From: Raillietiella orientalis
Taxonomy: Eukaryota
Assembly (NCBI GenBank): GCA_036172245.1
Contig: JAYWIR010000017.1
Location: forward strand, 3,596,001-3,660,000
DNA length: 64,000 nt
Direction: 5' to 3'
This document shows, in pieces, positions 51,500-64,000 of this stretch. Numbering within the stretch: position 1 is the first letter of the stretch; each line of letters begins with the position of its first letter. The notes under the pieces are model-generated. The model saw only the letters and a program-made list of their open reading frames with translations. It did not search any database and had not been told where the DNA came from. The position numbers and the translations under genes were made by a program.

Positions 51500-54450
51500 A
51501 ATAGTTCTATTATCAGTAAAATGATACAACACATGTTAATGGGGGACGGATGCAAGGGAGTCTGCACCTTCCATCTTTTCTAGTATTAATTCCTTTGATT
51601 TTCAGAGATTCTTGGATTACTTGAGATGACCCAGCCTATGTTTCTAAGAGGAACTGGGAACATTGTATACTAGCGCATTTCTTTTCCTGATATACTCTGC
51701 CTATTTCTTGGAAACTTTGAAGCCCTTCAGTACCTAATCATTGGTCGATTTCTGAAATGCTTCTATGACTGCTCTTACGATGGCAAGCACTCTCTTGGAG
51801 ACGAACTGGGAAGTAACACTATTTCCGATACTATTTGTCTTGCCTCTGTCAGTGCTGTTGATGAGTACTCATAACGGCAAGAGATGTTTAGAATGAATAT
51901 TTTTCCTTGGCCCTGGTGGACTATGTCCGACCTTGGCTATGAGTTTGTTCTCAGAATGGCCTGATTGGCAGGTACCAGCTGTCGTAGCTTCATCTCGCAT
52001 TCTTTGCTTTGGCTCACTAACGTTTTATCCCTTTCTACGATAGTGATCATACTCTGGTTATACATGGATCTGTTGAGAATGTGACCTAGGAATTCCTTTC
52101 TTCTTCCATACCTTCTTCACAGACGATTTGCGCCGCACCTGGTGCAGGTAGGTGGTTGAGTCGCCCATAGATAGATCTATAATCTGCAAACTGAAGATGC
52201 TTGCCATCGACAATTGAATGCTCCGAAACCTGATGCTTCACAGCACATGGTTTTCCCTTGATGTAGAGGTTTTGTAAGAAGAGATGTCTTGTGTTGGATC
52301 GTGCGTAGCTTTCAGGTAATTTTCCTCCTCCAATACATGTACCGAATATGATCTTTGATGCTTCCTTTTCAGTCACCTACTTTACCTTGAACCTTGCGAA
52401 TGCTTGTCTTCCTGACGTCCATGTGCTTTTGATATCTCGATTTGGTTCTCCCCATTTCACGTCCATCGCTCCAGATATAAAATTTCCCAAGTCAGTCATT
52501 CGTCGGCAGTGTCTTTGTTTCTTTTTCAGCACCAACAACATCGTCCTTTGGAAACGATGTAGTCCACTGGTTCCAGAGAGGTTAAACACAACAGTTAAGC
52601 AGTTAAACACAACTGACTACAGCCAAGTGATCGGCATGTTCATCCATGTCGGGTAATTTTTAAGCATAGTTATTCCCGGATGTTTATTGACAGCAATAAA
52701 CATTCAGTGAGGAGGAAGTCAACTTCCAACCGTTACAGTCATGGTTAGGGAACCGTTCAAGCATAGATTTGCTCAGGAGGACCGGTTCCACAAAAGGGAG
52801 GGAACATTAACAAATAAAAAAAAAAAGAATACATCATTAGAAAGGCACTACCATGGAAGAAGGGATCAACAGGATTCGCTTCTTCCACGTCTACCAATTC
52901 TGCGCTTTGGTTCCGTGAGAGCGGATTCTTCCCTATCGTCTGCTCTCAGATGAGACTGGTCTCAGGCGTGCTTCCACTACGCCACGAATGTGGCACATTA
53001 TTACCGTCACTACTGTAGTTATGAAGCACCTTTGAGGAAGAAAGAGACACCGCGCAAGCTCAACCGGGGCGTCGGATGAGTTCGAGAGGGATGCAGCTAG
53101 TCTCTCCTGCCAACAGAATGGTACCACACTCCAGTAATGGGTGCGGGGCCACTCGATCTTAACACCCCTCAGGTTAGTTGTGAAAGCATCTCACGGATTG
53201 ACGTCGCTTATTGCATCGTAGTCCCATGTATAAAAACAGGGTTTCTTTGCGGGAATGCAAGAGTGTCTGTCATGTCATGAAGTGTCATTCAAAAGTGTCT
53301 GTCATGAAGCTGTCATGTAAATTTGGGAGATCCCCAGCTGTTGAACAGAGAGCCTCCAAAGGTCCGTCCGTCTGGTCGCTCTCGCGATCACCAGTTCCGG
53401 TGGTCAAGAATCTCGCCTGAGATACTATGCAAGTATTTGTCAAGAACATAGACGAACCTTGCTCCTGAATGGAGATTTGGCCAGATTTATGTCTTGATTA
53501 ATCATTGGCGGAGGCTGCCCCCTTTAGAAGCACTGTAAGGAGTCTATGAGCAGTAGGGAGACAAGTCTTCAGTCAACTAAAGCAACTCGAATAGGGAGCC
53601 TCGGACCTCCACAGGACATCTAACCTTCGATCTTCGTACGAGGAGGAAGCTCACAGCTTGCGTGTGCACCTTCCAGATCAAACAAGTATAGTTTTGCCTG
53701 ATAAAAAAACATCCAGACCCGGGTCATGGGGACGCCCTGAGCTAATCAGCACCAGGATTCCAATCGCTTCCTTTCAGAGGGGACCACATAGGGCTTGAGG
53801 ACTGTTGCTTCGTATACACGTCTCAATAAAACTCAATGTCGTACAAGCCACACCTATTTGGATCAGTAACGACTGCATGTGCTAGAGATGCGAAGTGCTT
53901 CAGCATATTGTCAACCACTGCACATACAGCTTCCAAGCCATCATCAGTCACCATGATGGTTGGTAAATAAATTAAAAAAGGATGACAACAGAACACTGGA
54001 AGCTGATTGCTTTCGATCAACCTCATCTTACAAGACGATGAACGGTTGATCCTACTAGAAGTAAGCTGTCATATTGAGAGCAACTCAGAGGCCTTATAAG
54101 ACCCTAGGAAGAGGAAGAAAAGCAATTATTGCAGTTTAGATCAAGAGTTTGTTTCCAAAGGAGTACCCCCCTGTTACGAGCCATTGTCGTAGAATCCTTC
54201 GATGGCTTGTCGCTACTTGAAACGACAAGGTCCCAAAGGAATACAAAATCAAACGGAGGAGAGCTGAAAACTCCAGGATGGAGATGGTATGCAGTAACAT
54301 CTCACGCTTCCAAGAAATGTCTGTGAGTCGAGTTCAGATTTCACGATCTCCAGGAGCCACGCGCTGTGCCTGGGGAACGGCAAGAAACCCAACAGTTGAA
54401 TTTTCCCCAGGTCTGACAAGCGGCGTAGAGGATTTATTTGTATACGCACA
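51500..54450 (-). mobile_element. Highly degraded Ty3/gypsy pol remnants, probably two elements
   Basis: RT/connection-like CLTVVFNL..GL..LGNFISG and QTFLGSV. RNase H-like LKHF..VVTD. PPT-like GAGGGG followed by TGTTAAG at 53164. Boundaries approximate. Confidence 0.5.
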
Positions 54451-54554
54451 GCTTACACACAAGACAACAAGACAGACATATGTTGTTCATCGGGTAATCT
54501 TCAATGGTTTTCCAGCACCTTTCTTCCCCTGTTTGTCTGTTCGGGTGCTTCAGG

Positions 54555-56060
54555 CGCGGTAGGGTTCCCCTTTCCCCGCACCTGTAGCATTTCGCACTTT
54601 CCCTCCCTCTCCAGGAAGCAGTAGTAGAGGCGCGCTTTGTATGGGATTTCCCAATGGAGCAGGTGCAGCAACGCCGATTCCTGCCACTTGAGAGAGCTGA
54701 AGGGTGCGGTGGTCCTGCAACTCTGGGGCCACATCGGGGATTCGCGAGGATTCAGCAACAGCTCACCCCAGCGGATCCTTCGGGTGGGACAGGACACTGG
54801 GGGTCGCAGAGTCCATCAGCAGGACGCTTGCCACCTTGCTGGAAGGCCGTTGTCCCCTGCTTCCCTTAGAGAGGGCGGCGCTGAGACAGGAGGAAGGGGG
54901 TGGGTGGGGATGCGGTGTAAACGAAGGCCTCTTTCATGGGTTGGTAGCGATCTCTCGTATAGACTGACGAGCTTGTATCTGCCTTTTCTCAGACAGACGC
55001 ATTCCGCCTTGCTCGAGCCGTTGATCTTTCCCCATGCGGAAACTGACTCCTCCAGTCAGGCAGTGCAGTTCTCGGGAACCTCTCTGTGAACCACAGGGCT
55101 TTCGAAAGAGGTTTTTGATCCGTTTTTTGATAGCAAGGGCGAAGGAGAGGAGCCGCGAACAAGCTCCAAACCCGAAACCGCTACGGCATAACCGTAGGAT
55201 AAAACCGACAACCGTTCCGGAAAGTAAAACTTGCCGTTCTGGACCGGTCCGAGCGCCATATCTACTTTTTGGAGACATCCCCATCTGAATTCTGCTATGC
55301 AGAAGTCTCTCAACGAAACGCCAATATACTTAAAGTACCGGCCCGCGGTAATCCCCAAGCAGATCTAGTCCAACCGTCCGGCCCACGCCCCACCGACCGG
55401 AACCAATGACGACTTTGCTATGTTCACCTCCAAGCTTGCGCCCTGGCTTAGCACCTCGAAGAAATCTTCGAGTATCGACGCCAAAGTGGACATGGGGCGT
55501 AGCAGAGGAAAATCGTCTGCACAGGCCGACACGGAAGTAGGATCGGGGCACGAGCTTGGCAAGGTTTCCAGTGTCTCTCTGTATGCTCTTAGCACCAATT
55601 CAGAGTAGATATTGAAGAGCAGGAGACTCAGACTGTCACCTTGTCTTATACCGCGCCGCATCGGTATGCCATACATGTGCCGACCGTTATAACAGATGTT
55701 AATTAGCGCGCAGCGCAGGTGGGCCCGGAATACGACCGGGAATTCCATGCGTTCTAAGAGCTCCAAAAGAAGGAGTTCTTGGTCGACGCAGTCGTATGCT
55801 TTTCACAAATCGACTGAGACCGCAAGAACCACGGACTCGTCCGTTTCCCGGTGGTCTTCCACTCCCAGGTCTGCGGAGAATGCAGGATACTCGCGAATCG
55901 TCTGTGCAACGCGCTGTTGCAATTGACACCAGTGCTGGCGAAGAACAGGTCGGCTTCCATGGTTCGTCCGGAAAACAGCGTAGGTCTGTTCCGGACTGAT
56001 CACGGATGCAACCCGTCTTGATCTCTCATTCCATCTCCTCAATGGCTTCCTGGTGACAGG
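54555..56060 (-). mobile_element. Degraded L1/Tx1-like ORF2 (RT to finger), same family as the 29-37 kb copies
   Basis: ISPEQTYAV, GIRQGDSLSLLLF, CADD, FKYIGVSL, LKWQESALL. Confidence 0.85.
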
Positions 56061-56679
56061 GAATCGTCTGGAGCCAGGCAGGCATGCAGATGAGCGCCGC
56101 CACGATGCCATGCTTACTCGAAAAGTTCTTTGCCTTCGAGGTGAAACAGAGTCTCCGTGTCCCAGAAACCTTTCTACTGTTTGATGTTTTCTAGGATGTT
56201 GAGGTCGCTCATGATGATTATGCTCGTGGGTGCGGTTTTGCTGCTCAGGAGAGTTCGCACAGCTTCCTCACACCGATGTTTTTTTTCGTGTACACGTCCA
56301 TCAGGAACAGATGGATGCTTCCGCACCACGACATCCGAACTCCAACGACTCGGCTAGACTACAAGCGATCCCAATCCACAGGAGACCTAACAGCAAAGAG
56401 ACCATCTGCCTCAGCAGGAAGCCCAAGGTTTTTGTCCTGCTGCTATTGTGCGGAAGAAAGTCAGCCCATCGCAGTCCTCCTCATGCCTGAGCATTCACGC
56501 AGAAAAACACTAATGTTACCATAACTACACCACCCTAACAAGTCGACCAGAGCTGTACTTTCAGAGCTGGGGATTGAAAATTGGTGGGTGGGGATGGGAA
56601 CATCGGGTTTGCTGCCTTCAGAAGGCAGAGATGGCTCTCGTCCCCTTGCTCGATTTCAATTTCGTCTTACCGGAACGGG

Positions 56680-57710
56680 CCTTCATCTGGGATACTTCTA
56701 TCTTCATCCTCCTCCGCTGCTTATTTTTTGCTTGCCTTTTTCGATAAAGATCCAGAAGCAGCTTCTCCTCAGGAAACATCTATGGGGCACCACAAGGTCC
56801 TAATCTACCCGAAAGACTTGTTGGAGCCGTGCCAGGATGTGGGCCTGGGCATACTGACTTTCAGCAAGATCGGACTGCAAGTACAGTCTCGTCAACGTTC
56901 TGCACCAAATTGTGGACTTCTATGTGGTGAACGTCATCTTTTCTCATCCTTCGGCGATGCTCCGGCTGAGCAGGGCATCTATCGCTGCTGCCACGCAGCC
57001 GACATGGGATGGATTCAGTAGCTCCATGACGCTTCTTCCTTCACTCCTAGAAGTCCACACATGGATCTCTTTCCGAGAAAAAAACTGGAATGCCTGGAGG
57101 CAGGGCGTGACAGAATTCTGAGTAGTCACTCCGGAAGTGTGCCCCAAAGGAAATTCGTCCGCCGCAGAAATCCCTCTGCAAACCACTAGGAGATTTCCTG
57201 CAGGACTTGACTCAATGGTCCCGGATAGCTGTCACACCTCTTGAAGCAGCACTGTCTGTCCCCAGGGCAAACATTGACTGCAACCAACAGGATCAAAGCA
57301 GGGGTCGTCCTACAGGATTGTGGGAGCCGAGAAACTCCCTGACGTTGGTGAACGCCGCCACTCCTTGTTTTCGGGAAAAGGGACTCCCTCGGTGGGGTGA
57401 TCTGCTCGGCGTGCCCTTCTAAGAACTCGTGGTCCCTCCCATGTGCATGGACACGACGGTGCTCCCATTGCTGTGAAGACGGAATGTCGTGCTGTTTCTG
57501 CGCTGGGGATTGCCGGTGCAACTCAGAGCAGGCACCCGGTTTCCGGGAGAGTCGCCTCCCCGAACTGTTTCAGAACTGTTCCGGTTCCTGTTGTTCTGCG
57601 GTGCCCTGGCAGATATGTCGCGGAGACTCGCTTCGGTGGTCCGCAACCCGGAGGGCATCTCTCCGGACTTGCTGCGGCGCTTCTTCACTAAAGGTGGGCA
57701 GGTGCTTTGA
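56680..57710 (+). mobile_element. Degraded L1/Tx1-like ORF2 C-terminal half
   Basis: LLRKHLWG, GLGILT, KGLPRWGDLLGVP, LRWGLP motifs shared with copies A-C. Confidence 0.65.
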
Positions 57711-57795
57711 TTGCACACCCGGGTGCGCCGGGGCGTTTGTTCTCTTGCAGGAATCGATGGAGCAGATGACAAACCAATTACCATTGTTACACTAG

Positions 57796-60690
57796 AAAGA
57801 AGGGGGGGAGATGGACAGGTCCATCACGTCCACAAAGCGGAAGGGAGATGAAACAAAAATAGAAGATGAAAACAAACAATAAAAAAACAAAAATTAGTTG
57901 GAGGGAAGGGAAGGGATCACATTTCGTGGTGGGTGAGGCCTTTGCATCCGTTGAAGGATGCCGGCTGAGCTCCTCCTTCTCCCTTTCCAGGTGAAGCCAC
58001 CTCAAAGCTATCTGCAGGAAGCGGATGGCATGCAGGACAGTACCTCCGTCGCTTCGGCCTCCCTCGGCGTCACACTACGCCGCGACGACACCGCGCACGC
58101 AGCACAGAGCTGCGATTGCGGCTGCAGGCGTCATGGCGTCCCGCACGAAGAGGGACCTCAAAGAGTCTCTGGGATAGTCCATGGGATGCGGAAGGAAAGC
58201 AGAGAAACGTTCCCACAATTCCCAGAGGGCGACACACTGCACTATCAGGTGGGGGAAAGTCTCCTTCTCTCCACATTTGGCCCAGTTCGGCGATGCGCTT
58301 TCCCTCGTCCAGTGGTGCCGGCGCGCATTGCACGGAAGACCCCAGTGCAGCATCAGCAGCACCGATTGCTGCCACTTGAGAGGAAGAAGCTTCCTGTCTA
58401 GGAACACGGGGGCACTTCCAACTCTTCGAGCTGACTGGAGAAGAGTTCGCCCCAACGTTCCATTCCTTTGGAGACAGTTCTTGCTGTTGCCGCTCCAGCC
58501 AGCTCACGCGGTGTCCAGCCACTGATAGGCTTCCTGCGGGCGGAGATCTCGCAGGAAACCTCCCACTTCGCCGGTAGGCAGGTGCCATGTATCTCGATAG
58601 CGGAGGACACCGCTGCTGCGAAAGGGATGGGTGGCTGCTGGGTAGGCTAACATGGTCAGCTCACTACCCACCGCCTCCAGTGTTCTTCCGCTGTTCTTCT
58701 GAAACTGTCGACAGCGGATAACTTCCGACAGGGCCTGAGTGGTCTGGACTCACATCTTCACTTTCTCCTGCCGCCAGGCCGGAGTATTTGCAGGGAAGCA
58801 GCGAGTCCACGGGTTTGTCACTGTTCTCACCAGAGCAGCGACACACCGGAGGGAAGCCGCAGGATGGGAGCCGATGGTGGTGACACGCAAACAGGGTTGC
58901 GAGTCCTTCGCCACCGACCGCCAGCCGGGAGAGCAAACGTGCAGGGGCGCACCAATTGATGGCCCAGTTCTGTGCCACGAAGGCCAGTCTTCAGAAGTTC
59001 AACTGAACTTCCATGCGCTCCAACGTCAGGAGTCCAAGTCCTCCATCGCGACAAGGAGCACACAAGTCTTTTAATCGGATTCGGGACCTCCCATTGCCCC
59101 AGAGGGTTTTTCGAAGGAAGTCCTTCGTCCGTTTTACCACACCGGGGGGGAGCAGGGCACACGAAAAGCAGAGGTCGTAGGACGGGGCCACAAAAGTGTT
59201 CCAAATAATGGCCCGATCCGGCAACAGGAAGTTGCCTCCTTGGAGCGGGTCGAGCACCGACTCTGTCTTCTGGAGGCAGTCGAACTACGCTTCCTTAGGG
59301 GAAATGTCCTCCATTGGCACCCCTAGGTACCTAAATTACGGAACTGTAAGGATCCCCAAACAGACCCAGTCCGACTGCCCAGCTCATGTCGCGCCGACCG
59401 GGCACACGTTTGACTTTGTTCCATGCCCTGTTCACTTCCATGCCCGATCCCCTGCTTAAGAGCTCGAAGAATTCCTCGAGTGCGTCTACAGCATGGGGAT
59501 CAGCAGCAAGAGGTCATCTGCATAGGCTGACACGGTCGGCATACCGGGTCACGAGCTGGGCAGGGAAGCCAGAGTATCCTTGTACGCCCTCAGCAACAAC
59601 TCGAAGTAGGTGCTGAAGAGTAAGGGACTCAGGCTGTGTCCCTGCCTCACGCTGCGCCATACCGGAGTGCTGTACACGTGCTGCCCATTGAAAAAAACAT
59701 TGATCAACGCGGAGCACACAATCCACAAGGAGGTGGGGGAGGGACTCCCGTTCCCCACACCTAACACAATTTAGGTTCACTGCTCCCCAGGTCCAATGGT
59801 GTCGGCGGGCGTTGCAGGGGAGTCTCCAGTGCAGCAACAGGAGCGCTGACTCCTGCCATTTTAAGAGGAGGGTAGGGGTGTTTATTAGCACCGGGGGCCA
59901 CTTCAGATGTTCAATCGGAACATCGAGCAGCGCGCCCCAGCACAGAAGTCCATGGGGAGGTGTACTCGGGGTCGCAGCGTCAGTTAGCTGGCACGTCTTC
60001 CACTCTCCTATCTTTTTCTCCCTTTCGGAGATTTTAACTGTAGCCTCCCGCTTCGCCGCAACATGACATGAAACCATTTACACTGAGGAGCTGTGGACCT
60101 CACTGTCTCTTTTGTTTTCGCAGAAAGTATTCCTGTGCAACCTGAACCAGGTTTGCGAGAACAGATAAGCCTCCATAGTTTGACCAGGAATAGCTTATGA
60201 CTGCTCAGGGCTAACTTGAGGATAGTCAATCTTTCTAGGCGCTCTACCAATTTCGATAGCAGCTTGCCACCCTTAAAGAAAATACCAAAGTGATAGGATG
60301 CCAGTTGCTGCAGTTGGAGCGTCTCCTTATGGAGGGGGCGCTCTCTCTGAGCGAAACGAGGCAAACTATGTCCCCTGGATAGGCGAGGTAAACCTTTGAA
60401 TCGGTGGGTACAACGCTTCCGCAGAACATCGAAAAAAATCCAAAATCCGGCAGATCACCCGCTCTTGGAGCAGTGCGCTTCTTGAGCCTCTCCAAAGGAT
60501 CTGCACCAAGCAGAAATCGTCGATATGCGTACGTTCCTCTTCAAGTAGCTCGGACGCACTTCCTGCAGCAATTGTCGCGAAAACACGCTCTCTACAGGAT
60601 GTTGGATGCTGTTCCTAGACAAGCCTGGGGATGTCGGACTCCCGGCAGAGAGAAGCAACGAGTGCTCAGGAAATCTCAGTAGATCTGCTA
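57796..60690 (-). mobile_element. Head-to-tail degraded L1/Tx1-like fragments (~57796-59715, 59716-60060, 60200-60690)
   Basis: RLKKRTAP/SNWHPITL, then CVRCGERESLPHLLVDC fused directly to RT sequence VRQGHSLSPLLF, then a second finger KCGEKETFPHL and a T-rich 3' UTR. Confidence 0.8.
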
Positions 60691-60699
60691 ACTACTGCG

Positions 60700-63040
60700 A
60701 CTGCGCAAAGATCGAAGATCCAATCCGCTCCAAACGATTTTTCCATTTTTCGTAACATGGGTTTCATCTCCATATCGAGCAGCAAGGAACTAAAAGAGAA
60801 CTTTATGCATTACTCCTTGATGAATTTTAATGTTCCTGGTTACTCTCGATCTGAGAGTCGGTGCAGAGATCTTTGACGATCCTTGACTTATTTTCACGTG
60901 TCTTCCCTGCTTCACTTTCTTGAGGTGCAGTAGCTCGTGTGATATTGTTCCAAACGCATTTCGCTCTATCCACAAATGAAATACATAGATCCCAAGATGA
61001 TCTTCTGACACCGTTTGCAGGATAAAACTTCGCTCTAGGATTCTGTCGTACGTGAGGAATTCCTTCTGTTTCTGGCAGACGACCTTGTTATCCTGAGCCG
61101 TTCGCGTAACCTTCTTAGATTTTTCGCACAAAATCAGCAAATGCAATCACCACTTGATATTGATTTTCACCTATTTGTTCTTTCTAATGCTGAGGGCGAT
61201 GGAGTATAGGATTGACTTTTATTGTTTCCGGTACACCACTATTCTCCTGAACCTAAGAGATACGTTGAAAATCTCTGCCATCCTTTCCACGTATGGGTCC
61301 ACTGATTTTTTACCATTTGGAGGAGCTACCATCAAATCTTGGATAGTAATTTGTTGATTTATATAATACAGCCTCTACTTTATCTGCTTTGAATGGCAGG
61401 CTTTTGATCCATTAAGAGACAGGGTTTTTCCTTTCAGTTACCCTACTATCGGTATCGAGGGATCTGTAGAAGATTCAGTTTCAAACATGCCTTCAAAATG
61501 CTCTTTCACTTTCCCAAGTGGTATCTTGCAATTCTTCCCTTTCTTTCAAATGTTGGCATAAAGTTGTTCTTATTTCTTTTCGTCGGCAGGTTCAGTGTAG
61601 CCTTTGTATTTCACTGCGATTCATTCGATCTCTCTGTTTCCTCCTTGACGTTGTTAGATTTGGACGGTTTAGTTTCCTGGACATCGTTTATTGAGATGAT
61701 TTAATTTGAAAGAATTTAATTTGGACATCGTTAATTTGAGATAATTGTCAACTGAGATTGTTTGCTTTCGAAGATGTCCAAACGTAAGTCCTTTAAACTG
61801 TCGAACCCCTGCAATGTTATTTCATATCCACAGACTAATGGAATGATTCTGTATCTTGGATTTCTGCTTTGGTTTCTTTCGTTTCTCCCTATTCTATGTT
61901 CTTTGCTATGTATAGCAACTTATGAGATATAATTTCGTTTCCTATCTTTGGATGCTTTTCACATTTTGCCAATGCCCTTGACATGCATCCTATATGAATC
62001 TTATTTGTTGCAATTTTGGCTCATGATTACTTGTTACTTACTGATGATTACTTATTGTTACTTGTGGCAGATGATTCGGTTCTCTTTGTTTCACGTTTGT
62101 CATCCCTGGATTCTTCTCAACACAGCTGTCGTGTTAGCTCTCCTTTCCTTGAGCCGATACCTGGTAAAGCACATAGTAAAGCATCTTGTAAAGCAGAGGT
62201 TGATTTTCACGAAATCATCAGAAGATGTCAGGTTTTTATACACAGTAGAGTCCATTATTCCCAATTGTCCCTATCCGACTTGGGTGACACATTACGTGTT
62301 TCTTCCTGAGCCCATATGGACTCAACCTCTCGTGTCATTCCGGTTAGGTATACATAGATTGATTCTTGTGAGGTATTCCATTCTCCCAATTCAAAATGCA
62401 ATGTGAATGTCCTGAGAGAAGGGAGACGAACCCAAGGTAAACACATTGCATTGTGTTTACGTTGGGTTCGTCATCCTCCTTCACATACCAGTATATACGT
62501 TTCGCCAAGGCTTTCCTGTTGCGAATGCCACTTAAATTCCGACCTGCACCGCATTCATATTCCAGTGTTCTCACGGTGGATGCTGCAGTGGGTTTACACA
62601 CTTGGGATGGTTGGGGTTACACAGAATATTTTGCACCCATTTGACGTGTCGTTTGATGCTGCACATCTGATCATTTTTGCTTTGGACATCTAAATGAAAC
62701 AGCCAATTTCAAACGGGTGGACTAGTGCCGGCGCAAAATGCGAAGAGAAATACCAAGAACTCTTCCTATTGTAGAAATCTTTCAGCATTATCCAATGATT
62801 GCTTACTTTTCCAATCCCTTCTGCTTCCGAATTTAGAAATTGTTTTTCCAGACAAGTGTCGACTAGCCCAGGCAGCGTTTTCGGCCGGTTCAATCCAGCG
62901 CCCTAGGTATTGTTACTTTACTACAAGCCTGCCAGTCGAACTTGCGAAATTGCTGGAATAATTTCTTTTAGGGGCCTTTTACATGATATAAGTTTCTGAA
63001 AAACCCACCTGTCTTCATGAAAGCCGAACTTCACATTCCA
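60700..63040 (-). mobile_element. Degraded RLE-clade (NeSL/Utopia/R2-like) non-LTR element: RT and probable N-terminal region
   Basis: QKEFL..D.ILE.SFIL..WIE.NAFGTISHE..TRNIKIHQGV, with DPY..MAEIFNVSL upstream. The part beyond 61500 is only weakly supported. Confidence 0.55.
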
Positions 63041-63050
63041 TTTTTCACTA

Positions 63051-64000
63051 CACCCATCCCTCCATGTACGCGGATTGTCCGTTCCACGTAGATTTTTTTT
63101 TACGCGGATGAAAATCGCGTAAAATAGATAGAGTCTGCCGGTACGAAAAAAAATACTGATAAGAAAAACCGGTATAAGTTATGAAAGTATTTATTTCGTA
63201 TAGGTTGACAAAAAAAAGTAATGATGATATTTCAGAGATATTTTATTCGGTTTCAGAATCTGTACTATAATTCAGTTTTTCCTCATTTGCATTATTAATG
63301 TTTAGGTCTCTGGATGGATTTTTCAATAACTCATCTTTTGCTGAGTTGTCGTAAATTGCCTGATATTCGCTTGAACACTTTTTTAAACCTTGTTGACGTT
63401 TGGATCAATATAGCACTTTTTAATTCCGTGGCCAGTTGAAGAGCTTTATAAATTTTTTCTGCAGTGAATGAAACTGGTTCGTCATATTCAATGCCACTTT
63501 CAGTGTTAGGATGGGTAGTACTGCCAGAAAAATCAAATTCCCTTTATCAGATGCTAAAGCTTGCTTTTTTAAACTGTTACAAATATTCACAGCTTTTTGT
63601 CTTATCACATAACTGTTCATAGGTATTTTCTTTTGAGTACTGCCTTCAATCCAGATCAATGCCTTCCCCATATTTTCTATTATAGGGTTTCTTGTATAAG
63701 AGCACTTTGAGCTTGCTAAAGATCGAGCTGAGACACTCCTTCTAATAATTTTTTTCAATTTTTTTCTTGTCCGGACAGTGGATTCGTTTATTCTATACAA
63801 CTTAGCAATAGATGAGGATTTCTCTTCTTTTTCAAGTCGTTTTACAATTCCTATTTTCATATCCAAAGACAGATTTTCTCTTCCTCCATATTATTGAACA
63901 TTCGTTACACATTTATGGGTTGAAATTACGATGATAATAAATATAAGCAGCCCGATAAGAATTTGGTTACTTACTGAGTGTTGGATTATTAATCCATTTT
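63051..64000 (-). mobile_element. Tigger/pogo-like DNA transposon, internally deleted, running off the window
   Basis: CENP-B-type HTH domains (KIGIVKRLEK..INESTVRT..MGKALIWIE..IRQKA). TIR-like CACCCATCCCTCCATGTACGCGG preceded by TA at 63049-63050. Confidence 0.85.

Noticed and set aside
52894..53164. Complete LTR with PBS
   Set aside because: A PPT-TG start is present, but there is no canonical CA end and no second LTR copy in the window.

Overview
AT-rich animal genomic DNA, most likely arthropod (the NUMTs read in the invertebrate mitochondrial code; arachnid is only a guess). Three host genes are well supported: an intronless KDM1A/LSD1 (14500-16782 +), a five-exon PDE6D (23326-26751 -) whose first intron is U12-type, and a five-coding-exon MSL1-like gene (45379-48378 -). 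There are also 2-3 tentative small lineage-specific genes, up to three NUMTs, a hAT transposon with TIRs and an 8-bp TSD, and Tigger, gypsy and RLE-type non-LTR remnants. The most striking structure is 28.7-37.4 kb, a nest of L1/Tx1-like retrotransposons that can be unpicked base by base. Host copy D is split by minus-strand copy A (10-bp TSD TGGACACTAG). A is split by plus-strand copies C and B, and its ORF2 rejoins in frame when they are removed. A 635-bp tRNA-headed, hairpin-rich, poly(A)-less SINE-like element sits at the same target site with an 11-bp TSD (GGACACTAGGG). The LINE copies share a poly(A)-less structured 3' end. The first ~8.5 kb is an indel-rich mosaic that may be partly an assembly artefact. 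All homology calls come from motif recognition by eye; no searches were run.
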